Under the pieces are notes generated by a model. That model made no database searches, was not told the origin of the DNA, and was given only the letters and a program-made list of their open reading frames with translations. A DNA stretch of 64,000 nucleotides. It comes from Candidatus Bathyarchaeia archaeon. GTDB taxonomy: Archaea; Thermoproteota; Bathyarchaeia; Bathyarchaeales; Bathycorpusculaceae. Positions 38,836-48,287 of this stretch are shown one piece after another; the stretch's first letter is position 1, and every line of letters starts with the position of its first letter. The stretch spans positions 1-64,000 of the forward strand of contig JBEKBM010000018.1 of the NCBI GenBank assembly GCA_050015395.1, given 5' to 3'. A program made the position numbers and the translations under genes.

Positions 38836-39669
38836 ATGAAAGATAAGATAAAACTTGCCCTTGCCCAAATAAGTAGTAAACGCGAAAACAAAGAAGCCAA
38901 TCTGCAGAAAATAGAAACATTAACCTTCAAAGCCAAAGAGCAAGGGGCAGATCTAGCTATTTTTCCTGAGCTTTCATTAACTGGTTACGTGGTTAGGGAT
39001 CAATTCTATGAGTTGGCTGAAACAATCCCCGGACCAACAGTTGAGAAGGTGGAGGCGTTAGCCAAGAAGACAGGAATGCATGTTATTTTTGGGATGCCTG
39101 AGTTAAGCGAGAAAACCCGAGCAACAGTCTTTAACACTGCAGTCTTTGTTGGTCCCAAGGGTTTAATCGGTAAATACCGTAAAATGTATCTGCCAACCCA
39201 CAGCGTGTTTGAAGAGAAAAGATATTTCCGTCCAGGTTATCAAACAGCCGCGTTTCAAACGGATTTGGGCAACATTGGCTTATGCATTTGCTATGACCTT
39301 TTCTTTCCTGAAGTGCTTAGGCTTATACGTTTGAAGGGTGCACAATTAATCGTTTGTATATCTGCATCTCCAGCGGTGCGTAGGAGTTACTTTGAAATTT
39401 TAACTTGCGCCAGGGCATTGGAAAACACTGCTTACCTCGCTTACGTGAACCTGGCCGGGGTTGAAGATGGCTTGCAATTCTGGGGAGGAAGCAGACTGGT
39501 TAGCCCAACCGGAGATGTTCTTGTAAAAGCAAAGTACGATGAAGAGGACTTTGTCACCTGTGAAGTAGATTACAGTGACCTAAGAACGGCAGAGACTTTC
39601 ATTCCTACCTTAAAGGACTTGCGGCCTGAACTTTTTGATAAATTAAAAGAGTACTCAGAACTTCTCTAA
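38836..39669 (+). CDS. Carbon-nitrogen hydrolase (nitrilase family)
   Basis: E-K-C triad in FPELSLTGY, YRKMYLP and ICYD. ATG at 38836 avoids overlap with nadE. Confidence 0.92.
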   Translation: MKDKIKLALAQISSKRENKEANLQKIETLTFKAKEQGADLAIFPELSLTGYVVRDQFYELAETIPGPTVEKVEALAKKTGMHVIFGMPELSEKTRATVFNTAVFVGPKGLIGKYRKMYLPTHSVFEEKRYFRPGYQTAAFQTDLGNIGLCICYDLFFPEVLRLIRLKGAQLIVCISASPAVRRSYFEILTCARALENTAYLAYVNLAGVEDGLQFWGGSRLVSPTGDVLVKAKYDEEDFVTCEVDYSDLRTAETFIPTLKDLRPELFDKLKEYSELL

Positions 39670-39713
39670 GCAGGCATGTAAACGGCAACCATTGAGAAAG
39701 ATAGCGGCAAGGC

Positions 39714-39830
39714 AAATCACAAAAACATCACAAGCTCATCAAAATCCGTGATATCAAGTGACTTAATTGTAAATCACCGTGATTTCAACGTGATAGATGA
39801 CGTCACGCTCCCTCCTATTTAACGTCACAC
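39714..39830. repeat. Array 1 of GTGAY/RTCAC pentamers (9 copies)
   Basis: Counted by eye. It includes the inverted repeat aaatcac-c-gtgattt (39771-39785) and several 10-11 or 22 bp spacings. Confidence 0.75.
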
Positions 39831-40217
39831 GCTTAACGCTGGGTATAAAAAAATTAAGGTGTTAAAGATTACCAAAAGAAGTAAACAACGATAGTAAAAG
39901 GGAACGCAAAATTGCCAACTAAAGCATGAATATTGGGCAAGAAAGCGTTTGTAAAACTACATTTTTGTGTAAAATTCACGATAAAGCTCGCGCCAAATAT
40001 TCAATAATTTTGCCATTTATCTGTTAATTACACTCTTTAGAGTCTTTACCCCCTTTAATCGGGAAAAAGAAGCCGTATTTACTTTATTTTGCTGTTTAAT
40101 TCATATTTTGGCTTTATTAGTTACGACTAACTGGTGCATTCTTACGTGGATAAGACTTAAAAAGTCGACTCAGTATACAAAAGCGTATCCATTCAGATAG
40201 TTGAGGAGACAAGGAGT

Positions 40218-40688
40218 TTGAAGCTAAAAGACGGCGTTCAAGCCTGGTTAAACGGGGCATTAAACGACCCCATTGTGAAAATATTGGCTAAAAACAGCCA
40301 ATTAACCAAAACCCAGCTTGAAACACTGTTAATCGACATTTTAGCCGAGAATATTTCAGGGAAACAGCTAAAATACGATGAAAAAGCCAATTTAAGGCTA
40401 ACCAAGGCTAAAATAAGCCGCGGATCCTTCAACAGGACGTTAAAACAGTCTAAAGAAAACGTGATAAAATCGATCTATACGATACTACTTTTAGGGTATT
40501 TAGGGGTGTTTGACAGCACAACTCTCGACCCATATCTCGAAATAGCCAATAAACTGCACGAATATGTGGAGGCACACCAAGAGACCCCCGACAAGGAAGA
40601 GGAGCTAAAAGACCATCTAAAAGTCATAGAAATCATACGGGAAGAGCTTGAAACGAGCCTAAAACGGCTTTCTAGTCCATCAGAATAG
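40218..40688 (+). CDS. Conserved-looking hypothetical helical protein, possible DNA-binding
   Basis: GAGGAG RBS + TTG start, with a basic HTH-like segment (EKANLRLTKAKISRGSFNRTLKQ). It lies between the two repeat arrays. Confidence 0.75.
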   Translation: MKLKDGVQAWLNGALNDPIVKILAKNSQLTKTQLETLLIDILAENISGKQLKYDEKANLRLTKAKISRGSFNRTLKQSKENVIKSIYTILLLGYLGVFDSTTLDPYLEIANKLHEYVEAHQETPDKEEELKDHLKVIEIIREELETSLKRLSSPSE

Positions 40689-40691
40689 CCC

Positions 40692-40982
40692 TTGTGACGT
40701 CACAAATCACAGATAAAATCTACAGTTTTTAACCAACAAATGGGATTAACAAAAGCCAAAACAAAAGCGCCACTATCAAGTCTTAAATGGTAAAATAAGC
40801 GCGAATCAAGGATATCTTAGCAAGCCATTTTCAAGGAGCAACGGCTAAGAGAGCAGCTGTGACGTGTGATATCATAGTGACCATCTGACGACATCACCGC
40901 AAACCTTAAAAAGTCCATGGATAACTGTGATGTGTGATGCAACCGATTAAATCACGCATAAATCACAGGGATGGAAAATCAC
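40692..40982. repeat. Array 2 of GTGAY/RTCAC pentamers (12 copies)
   Basis: It includes the perfect palindrome ttgtgacgtcacaa (40692-40705), tandem tgtgatgtgtgatg, and taaatcac twice at 11 bp spacing. Confidence 0.75.
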
Positions 40983-41706
40983 GGTTGACTTTGTAACGAT
41001 ACTCTTAGGCGTTTTGCTGACGGCGACAGTTGCAGCGTCAGTTGAGTATTATAGGCAAATACGTAAGGCACAAAAAGAGTATGAGAAAGCCAAGGGTATT
41101 GTCGAAGACATTGTTCTTAGTTTTAACCGAGATCTCAAGCGTGGAGCCGACAAATTAGACTTAATCGCGTTCAAAATAGAGGGAAACTTGGCTAAAGCGG
41201 ATACAAGCCTAAAAAAAGTAGATACCTTAGAAAAAAGGATGACGCCCATAGAAAATCAATTTGGCACTATTTCACAGACGGTTTCACAGAGCAGCACCAG
41301 CATTCTTTCTGGATTAACAGGTTTAGAATTGAAAATCAAAGATATTGAAGCGTCACAAGAGACATTAAAGGTAAAGATAGCAGGTTTTGAAGAGCAAATT
41401 CAAAAGTTCAATGTTACTCCAGAAATTAGTGAACCCGTCATACCCATTAAACGTGATAAAGCAATGGCTGCATTAACAGATACAGAAATCGCAGTACTGG
41501 AAATGTTATCTTCAGAAGGGCCCAAGACAGCGCCAGAAATCAAAGCCAGAGTTAAGCTTAGCAGAGAACACACAGCAAGACTAATGAAGAAACTCTATGA
41601 AGAAGGATACCTAGAAAGGGAAGTAGGCAAAATACCCTTCAGATACAGTATCAAAAAAGAGATGGAAAAGCTGCTAAAGAAACCCGAAAATAGTCAGCCA
41701 ACATAA
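40978..41706 (+). CDS. Membrane-anchored coiled-coil protein with C-terminal winged HTH (start uncertain: ATC 40978, ACG 40981 or TTG 41014)
   Basis: The in-frame extension VDFVTILLGVLLTATVAASVEYY forms a TM helix. The middle is heptad-rich. The C-terminus LTDTEIAVLEML...TAPEIK..VKLSREHTARLMKKLYEEGYLER is a wHTH. Confidence 0.8.
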   Translation: MTVDFVTILLGVLLTATVAASVEYYRQIRKAQKEYEKAKGIVEDIVLSFNRDLKRGADKLDLIAFKIEGNLAKADTSLKKVDTLEKRMTPIENQFGTISQTVSQSSTSILSGLTGLELKIKDIEASQETLKVKIAGFEEQIQKFNVTPEISEPVIPIKRDKAMAALTDTEIAVLEMLSSEGPKTAPEIKARVKLSREHTARLMKKLYEEGYLEREVGKIPFRYSIKKEMEKLLKKPENSQPT

Positions 41707-42093
41707 AGCTACAAAGAAGGCTTCTCTTGACCGCTCAACCGTTTCAGACGCTCACCTATCTGGTACGTTTCGGTGAATCAGGAAGCTCATAACCAACCTT
41801 GCTGCGCTTATCGAGGTACTCTGGATAATGCTCTACCTTGATTGGAACAGCAAACTTGATCTTTGGGTCTGAGATAAGCAAAGCTGCAACAGGTTTTACC
41901 GCTATTAACGGTTCTTCTTTTACTTGACTTCCAAGAGCGATTATTTTTTATCAAATTAGCAGTAAGCGATGTCCCATTCCAACGCTAGTCTACATCTATA
42001 CTCTTACCCAATTGTACTCTACCTAAATGTGCGCAAATTAATTCTTAGTTATACTAAATTTATTTTATGCTTTGTGTCACTTAGCCGCTCAAT

Positions 42094-42522
42094 TCACTTT
42101 ATTCTTTGTTTTATAGTTGCCTGGGAAATGATTGCAGTTTTATACTTCAAATTATTTGTTCCACCAGTCCTTAAAAGTATACCTTTGCTAGTCATCCTTG
42201 AAAGATAGGTCGAAACGGTACTAAGGCTAACTGGCTCCTTAAGCTCCTGCTCATAAACGGACTGAATGTCCTTTGAAGAAAACCAAATCAACGGAAAACT
42301 TTTCTGAATTACTAACTGAACTTTTTCAAAGCGGGAAAGCATGCGATTTTGTAAAGAAGCCCCTGCGCCTACGGTCGGACCCTCACCCGGTGCACCGCCT
42401 AGCAATTCAACAAGATCTAAGAGTCGTAGAGCTTTATCGCGGGTTACTTGACCCTCGAAAGCAATAGTATATCGATTACCATCGCTATCGAACAGCTCAA
42501 CGCGTATTTTACGAGCTGGCAT
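42094..42522 (-). CDS. Origin-adjacent winged-helix protein
   Basis: ATG 42522. A small N-terminal domain (KIRVELFDSDGNRYTIAFEG) is followed by a C-terminal wHTH (FSSKDIQSVYEQ...VSLSTVSTYLSRM..KG). It is divergent from cdc6. Confidence 0.8.
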   Translation of the reverse strand: MPARKIRVELFDSDGNRYTIAFEGQVTRDKALRLLDLVELLGGAPGEGPTVGAGASLQNRMLSRFEKVQLVIQKSFPLIWFSSKDIQSVYEQELKEPVSLSTVSTYLSRMTSKGILLRTGGTNNLKYKTAIISQATIKQRIK

Positions 42523-42718
42523 TTGGTGTACACCACAAGGGTTGTTCACAGCTTTACACTTCACAGCTTATAGCTGTTATGGTGAAGGCTGAAAAGTAGA
42601 AAAGGCAATAGACAGCTTATTCTTACGAAAGCGTCACAATTTTCATTCTTTTAAGCATAACGAGCTTCACAGTAAATCAGAATGGCTGGAAAATTAAAGT
42701 TATTGCCTGATTCCGCTT

Positions 42719-43306
42719 TTCCAGTAGAAGCAGAGGGGTGGCTTGTTCACAGTAAAGAGACAAGAAAAAGGTAATATTAAGCAAAACCAAACAGATTAAG
42801 CGGCAAATTTAATGCTATTTCATATGTATTCACAATTTTGTGAACGGAAATTTAGAACTGCTTAAAACAAAATTCTCGAAAGGTTACTGAACTTAGAATG
42901 TAATGAGATTATTGCCAATAAAATTTTGTTTCCATTCTCATAAAGATAAGTTGCCATGTTAAAAATCATCCGACAGGCACCCCTGTGTTTCCTGTCGAAG
43001 TCTTCAAGTAAAAAAGGAGTAAAGAAAATACTGGAAAAACATTTGCAACATTTTTATCTAAAAATTTGGATAACAATTATTAATATATAATATTATTACT
43101 TAACTGTCACAGTATGTTTAACTAATTATAGTAAATAGATATTTTTTCATTAGTCCAAGAATTTTTTCCAGTAGAAACTTTGGGGTGTGTCTTGCTCTCA
43201 ATTTACCTATTTGTTATCTGATGTTTTCATTGTTCTTTAGGATAATTGTGCTTTAAAACCATTTTTTTGTACTGCATGCTTTATCTGTTCCACACGAAAT
43301 AACGGT
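42719..43306. other. Chromosomal replication origin (oriC) with ORB elements and AT-rich unwinding element
   Basis: ORBs: ttccagtagaagcagaggggt (42719, +), ttcgacaggaaacacaggggtg (42978-42999, -) and ttccagtagaaactttggggtg (43166, +). Mini-ORBs lie near 43030 and 43287. An AT-rich tract at ~43075-43150 sits between inverted ORBs, directly upstream of cdc6. Confidence 0.9.
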
Positions 43307-43335
43307 TGAGCCTCTGAAAACGAGGGAATAGGGCA

Positions 43336-44574
43336 ATGGGAAATCCAAGCATATTAGACGATGTATTCGAAAGCTTCGTTAATGGAGTTCGGCTGTTTAA
43401 GGACAGAGAAGTTCTCAGACACGATTATCTTCCCGAAAAATTACCACATAGAGAAGACCAAATAAAATTATTAGGACAAACTGTCGCACCAGTCCTAAAG
43501 AATGCGAGATGCTCTAACATTTTTATTTATGGAAAAACCGGAACTGGAAAAACTGCGGTAACAAAATACGTCTTAAGCCATCTAGAATCTAAGGCAAAGG
43601 AATATGGTGCACCCGTAAAATTTTGTTACATAAATTGCCAAATGGCGGGTTCAGAATACCGAGTTTTCGCAAGTCTAAGCCAAAACCTTGGTATGACTAT
43701 ACCTTTTACGGGTTTATCTGTTGGTGAAGTGTTTGATAGATTCAGAGCAGGTTTAGATTCTTCCAGAATAATTTTCATAATAATTCTTGATGAAATTGAT
43801 GCCTTGATCAAAGCCCGTGGAGACGCGTTTATGTATGAGTTAACAAGGATAAATGAAACTCTAAGTAAGAGCAAAGTTTCGATAATCGGCATATCAAACG
43901 ACCTGCGCTTGAAGGAATTTTTGGATCCTAGAGTTTTTAGTTCTCTTAGCGAAGAAGAACTAGTTTTCAGGCCATATGACGCAGCTGAACTTCGAAACAT
44001 TCTTCTTGAACGTTCAAAATTATCTTTCCACGATGGAGTTTTGTCTGATTCAGCATTAAATATTTGCTCAGCTTTGGCTGCTGCAGAGCATGGCGATGCG
44101 AGGCGAGCTTTGGATTTGTTGCGTGTCGCTGGAGAAGTTGCTGAGAGACAAGGCGCTAAGTTGATTACAGAAGAGCATGTACGCCAAGCAGAGAAGCATA
44201 TTGAACACAACCGAGTGGTTGAAGCGCTCAAAAATTTAACATTGCACTCAAAACTGGTGCTTCTTAGCGTCTATCACTTGAACAAGCCAGGTGCTACTAC
44301 AGGCGAAATATACGATGTTTACAATGAACTGTGCGGCGAAATGGGTGCTGGTCTTCTGACACAACGCCGATTAGGCACGCTAATTAACGAGCTTGATTCC
44401 ATGGGACTTGTGAACGCGAAAGTTGTAAGTATGGGTCGGTATGGCAGAACCAAAAAAATCAGGCTTGAAATTTCAAGAAGCCTCATAAAGGATGTATTTG
44501 GCAGTGACAACAGATTTGGCAGCTTACTCGATTATTCCCTGCAATCCTCGCATAAAGGATCAAGTGATACTTAG
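43336..44574 (+). CDS. cdc6: Orc1/Cdc6 replication initiator
   Basis: LPHRE, GKTGTGKT, LDEID, GDARRALDLLR, C-terminal wHTH GRYGRT. Confidence 0.98.
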   Translation: MGNPSILDDVFESFVNGVRLFKDREVLRHDYLPEKLPHREDQIKLLGQTVAPVLKNARCSNIFIYGKTGTGKTAVTKYVLSHLESKAKEYGAPVKFCYINCQMAGSEYRVFASLSQNLGMTIPFTGLSVGEVFDRFRAGLDSSRIIFIIILDEIDALIKARGDAFMYELTRINETLSKSKVSIIGISNDLRLKEFLDPRVFSSLSEEELVFRPYDAAELRNILLERSKLSFHDGVLSDSALNICSALAAAEHGDARRALDLLRVAGEVAERQGAKLITEEHVRQAEKHIEHNRVVEALKNLTLHSKLVLLSVYHLNKPGATTGEIYDVYNELCGEMGAGLLTQRRLGTLINELDSMGLVNAKVVSMGRYGRTKKIRLEISRSLIKDVFGSDNRFGSLLDYSLQSSHKGSSDT

Positions 44575-44591
44575 CTAAACCGCTTGTAAAA

Positions 44592-46151
44592 TTAGTTAAA
44601 TGAGAGAATAGTAGTCTCCAACGTTTGCAAGTTTACAACTGGAACTTTTCCCGGTGTAGGAACCAACCCTAATTTCTCCATATAATCAGTCTGTTCTTGC
44701 CAACCGCCTGAATTCACAACCAGCACTCCACGATAATTGCAGTAACCTAAAACGTGAATATGCCCGGCATGAAAGATGTCTGGAACCCTATCGATGACTA
44801 GGTAATCACGGTTTTCTGGGGACAGCATGGTTTTTCCACCGTATACTGGAGCTAAGTGGCGGCTTTGCATAAGTAGCCTCATTGCCTTTTCTGGGTGATC
44901 ATGATCCATTCCAGGTATAACCTCGATAATATCATCTAAACTGCGACCATGATACATTAAAACTTCTACGCCGTGTAGACTTAACAGGCATGGGCTTCCA
45001 ACAGAGTGAATGTTTTTTTTACCTTGCATTCCAGTCAAATAGCCTTCTGGTATGGCAGGCTGGGGTAAAGCTTTGCGCGACGCATCATGATTACCTGGGG
45101 AAATAATTATTTCAATGTAATCAGGGATTTTTTCCAGATATTTCGCGGCAAAACTGTATTGTTTATGAACATCTCGTATGGATAGTTCTTTTGCTTGGTT
45201 GGGGTAAATTCCAACTCCGTCAACAACGTCGCCTGCGATTAGTACGTATTTTACTCTGCTTGCTATTTCCTTCATTTGCTCGTTTCCATATTTGCCTTTA
45301 AGCCAGAGTATGAATCGTTTGAATGCTTCTTTTTGGAATTTGGTGCTGCCAATGTGAAGGTCTGATGTTAAGACAGCGTAAACTAGTTCTTGGGCTCTTT
45401 GCTGGGTCTTTCTGCCTATTTCAGGGAAAATTATATCCTCAGCTAGGAAAAGGTTACTTCTTGTTTTTATCACTGCCAAGCATACTACTTGGTCCTGCAA
45501 AAGAAGGAGCGCTTTTTTGCGGACTTCTTCTGGTGCTTTTTGAGGCACTAAGACAGTTGTGCTTCCTTGCAAGTCTTCTACTGATAGTATCATTTGGTTT
45601 TTTGATTCTCTTTTTTCTGTTATCATGCAAATTATTTTGAGTTTTGTTTTAGCTGGTGATTTGAGTGCTTCTATTATTGGTGTTGCAGCTTTAACGTCGA
45701 TTCTTTGTCTTAGCAAGCGTTCGATTCGTTTAAACCTGTCCTGGAAATATTCCAGATATTCTTCAAGGGTGCCGTTGGAGGTAAGTTTGCCTGTTGAATC
45801 TTCCAGAATGTTAATGTTTGCTTTTATGTCCTTGGCGTAGGGATAAAAAATGCTTTCAACCGTACTTATTTGCTGTGGTGCTGGTGGCTCTACGGCGTTT
45901 TGCTGTTGCTGAGGCTGTGTTTCTATGGCGGGTGCTGTTAGCTGTTGCACTAAGGTTTCTAAGAATACTTTGTCTATAAAGAACGGTTTTTCTTGCAAGT
46001 CTGCTATCCTTTGAAGTGCTAAGTTTATAATGCCAACTGGATCGGTTGTGTCTGAGTTTTGGCTTAAGAATTCAAAGGCTTCGCTGTTTAGTTGGTATCC
46101 CGCTGCGATTGTTGCTTCGATCGCTTTTTGTAGTTTTTCTTTTTCGCTCAT
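44592..46151 (-). CDS. polB: DNA polymerase II (PolD) small subunit DP1
   Basis: SDLHIGS, GDVVDGVGIYPNQ, PGNHDA, HGRSLDD, RHLAP, HAGHIH. Confidence 0.97.
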   Translation of the reverse strand: MSEKEKLQKAIEATIAAGYQLNSEAFEFLSQNSDTTDPVGIINLALQRIADLQEKPFFIDKVFLETLVQQLTAPAIETQPQQQQNAVEPPAPQQISTVESIFYPYAKDIKANINILEDSTGKLTSNGTLEEYLEYFQDRFKRIERLLRQRIDVKAATPIIEALKSPAKTKLKIICMITEKRESKNQMILSVEDLQGSTTVLVPQKAPEEVRKKALLLLQDQVVCLAVIKTRSNLFLAEDIIFPEIGRKTQQRAQELVYAVLTSDLHIGSTKFQKEAFKRFILWLKGKYGNEQMKEIASRVKYVLIAGDVVDGVGIYPNQAKELSIRDVHKQYSFAAKYLEKIPDYIEIIISPGNHDASRKALPQPAIPEGYLTGMQGKKNIHSVGSPCLLSLHGVEVLMYHGRSLDDIIEVIPGMDHDHPEKAMRLLMQSRHLAPVYGGKTMLSPENRDYLVIDRVPDIFHAGHIHVLGYCNYRGVLVVNSGGWQEQTDYMEKLGLVPTPGKVPVVNLQTLETTILSFN

Positions 46152-46379
46152 TTTGATCGTGTTCTTGTTAGCAAGTGGGGTGAGTGCATGCTTAATGTTT
46201 AGGCTCTTATGCTTTTGCGTTATTTACTGTTTTTTGTTTGGAGAATAAATTTTTGAAGTTTAAGGATTCTGTTGATTTTATTGGTGAAGTTTAATAGCGT
46301 TTACTGTAGCGTTGATTACGTATTAATCGTTAATTATTCAAAATCAACTTAGTTTATATAAACGATCTATAGTTTAGAT

Positions 46380-47378
46380 ATGTTATATCTCGCTTGGGGT
46401 ACCATTATGGGTGAATTACGCAAAGTTCAACAAACACCAACTGGCACTTTTTTTGTTTGTGTGCCTAGAGCTTGGGCTCAACAGAATGGTTTAAAAAAGG
46501 GCGCTTTGGTGAGTGTGGATGTAACTAGTGATGGCAAACTTATTGTTGATTCTGAGTACAATGTTGAGCAGCAGCCGAGAATTGCTTCTTTAAATGTTGG
46601 TCCTTTCTTGGGTCGGGAGATTATTGGTCGTTATCTGCTTGGTTATGACGTGATTCGTATTGAGGCAAAGGACCGAATAGCTTATGACGTTAGAAACACG
46701 GTTAAGTCAACTGTTAGTTCATTGATTGGATTAGAAATTGTTGAAGAGACGTCTTCAGCAATAGTTTTACAGTGCTTACTGGAGCCATCTGGATTTTTGC
46801 CTGAAAAAATTTTGCGGCGCAACTATGCTATTGTCGCTGGGATGATTCGTGACGCTGCTAATTCCTTTGTTAGTGGTGATCTGCAGCTAGCTAAAAGTGT
46901 TATAGCCAGAGATGATGAAAGTAACAGGTTATATTTTTTATTAGTTAGAATCTTACGAACAATAATTCAAAATCCACGCTTAAGTGAGAAGCTAAGGATT
47001 ACTCCGATAGACTGTTTGGATTATCGTTTGGCTGCAAGTTTAATTGAAGGCATAGGTGACGCATGTGTTCAGGTGGCTACAAAAACCATAGCACTCGATG
47101 GAGTGAAGCTTTCTGGGGAAATGCAGAAATTACTTGTTGATTTGCAAGCTGTCTGTTTTGAAGCTCATGAGCAAGCGTTGAAAGCGTTTGTAACTAAAGA
47201 CATCTCTTTAGCTGAGCATGTACGCAACCTCCGAGGAAAAATGGATGCAACTTATTCAAACATTGAGCGCGTCGCAAAAGATTCCTCTATAGATTTGATG
47301 CCTCAAGTTCTGGCAGCTGTATCTTTCCTTAGGCAGATTTATGAACACAGTGTGGACATGGCAGACTTAGTCGTTTAA
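46380..47378 (+). CDS. AbrB-domain phosphate uptake regulator, PhoU family
   Basis: N-terminal RKVQ...P..W AbrB domain, YLLGYD, DDExNRLYFL.R and two PhoU repeats. Confidence 0.9.
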   Translation: MLYLAWGTIMGELRKVQQTPTGTFFVCVPRAWAQQNGLKKGALVSVDVTSDGKLIVDSEYNVEQQPRIASLNVGPFLGREIIGRYLLGYDVIRIEAKDRIAYDVRNTVKSTVSSLIGLEIVEETSSAIVLQCLLEPSGFLPEKILRRNYAIVAGMIRDAANSFVSGDLQLAKSVIARDDESNRLYFLLVRILRTIIQNPRLSEKLRITPIDCLDYRLAASLIEGIGDACVQVATKTIALDGVKLSGEMQKLLVDLQAVCFEAHEQALKAFVTKDISLAEHVRNLRGKMDATYSNIERVAKDSSIDLMPQVLAAVSFLRQIYEHSVDMADLVV

Positions 47379-47444
47379 CTTGCTTTTACTTAATCCTTCT
47401 TCGTGGTAAAGGGTTAAATTTGCTGGTTTGTATTAAATTCTAGG

Positions 47445-48089
47445 ATGATTGATATGTCAAGTATTACCGATAAAGTGGCTAACGCTCTCTACTCTTCTGG
47501 ATGCTTAAAGTTTGGAAGCTTTAAAATTAAGTCTGGAGCAATCAGCCCATACTATATTGACCTTGCACGTTTGCTTTCTTCACCAAAACAAATATGCTTT
47601 ATAGCCGATTTAGCTGCTGAACAGGTTAGGCAAATAATGGTTTCTGACAGAATAGACAAATTGGCCTCTATTGAACTTAAAGGCGCGCTAATAGTGCCAA
47701 GTATCGCCTGCAAAGTAAACCTGCCCTGTATTGTAGTTAGGAAAGAGGAAAAAGCCTACGGCGTTACAGGCAGAATCGCCGGCGCAGATATAGCCAAAGG
47801 CGATAATATCCTTTTCTTCGATGACGTCATAAGCGAAGGCTTATCCAAAGTTGAAGGAATCAAGCCTCTGCAAGCGCTAGGCGGTAATGTTAAGCACTTG
47901 CTGGTTGTTGTTAACCGGGAGCAAGGCGGCAAAGAAAACTTGGAAAAGCTAGGCTTTAGAGTTCATGCTTTAGCTAAAATCTCTGAGATCGCTGATTCAC
48001 TGTATCTCAATAAGCATATTTCGAAAGAGCAGGCTGATGACGTATTAGATTTTGTAAAACAATTTCAAGAAGTTAACAATACCACCTGA
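47445..48089 (+). CDS. pyrE: Orotate phosphoribosyltransferase
   Basis: KFGSF.IKSG.ISPYYID, RKEEKAYG, FDDVISEG. Confidence 0.9.
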   Translation: MIDMSSITDKVANALYSSGCLKFGSFKIKSGAISPYYIDLARLLSSPKQICFIADLAAEQVRQIMVSDRIDKLASIELKGALIVPSIACKVNLPCIVVRKEEKAYGVTGRIAGADIAKGDNILFFDDVISEGLSKVEGIKPLQALGGNVKHLLVVVNREQGGKENLEKLGFRVHALAKISEIADSLYLNKHISKEQADDVLDFVKQFQEVNNTT

Positions 48090-48252
48090 CTATTTCCTCT
48101 ACCGTGTCACTAGAATAACCGCTCTTTATGAGTGCCTTCTTAAGGTCCTTTAGCTTGTCGCTCTCCACTCTTTATTCCCTCGTTATATCTCAATCAAATG
48201 GCCGCTTAAAATAGATATACCCTATATCAGTAGATCCGTAGGTGGGTTAGCC

Positions 48253-48287
48253 TTTGTGTGTGCTCTCTCAGCTACCTACCGGTAGGT
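48253..48287 (-). repeat. Dispersed intergenic repeat related to 12442-12470, with 14-bp palindrome
   Basis: The reverse complement accggtaggtagctgagagagcacacacaaa aligns with accgggtaggtaggctgagcacacacaaa. The palindrome acctaccggtaggt is at 48274-48287. Confidence 0.6.

Noticed and set aside
39714-40982. CRISPR array
   Set aside because: The repeats are 5-8 bp motifs in both orientations with irregular spacing. There are no 24-40 bp repeats with spacers and no cas genes.
43626-44231. Long antisense ORFs (e.g. 201 aa opposite cdc6, 177 aa opposite priL, 168 aa opposite hemK2)
   Set aside because: These are shadow frames of well-supported genes with no independent motifs.
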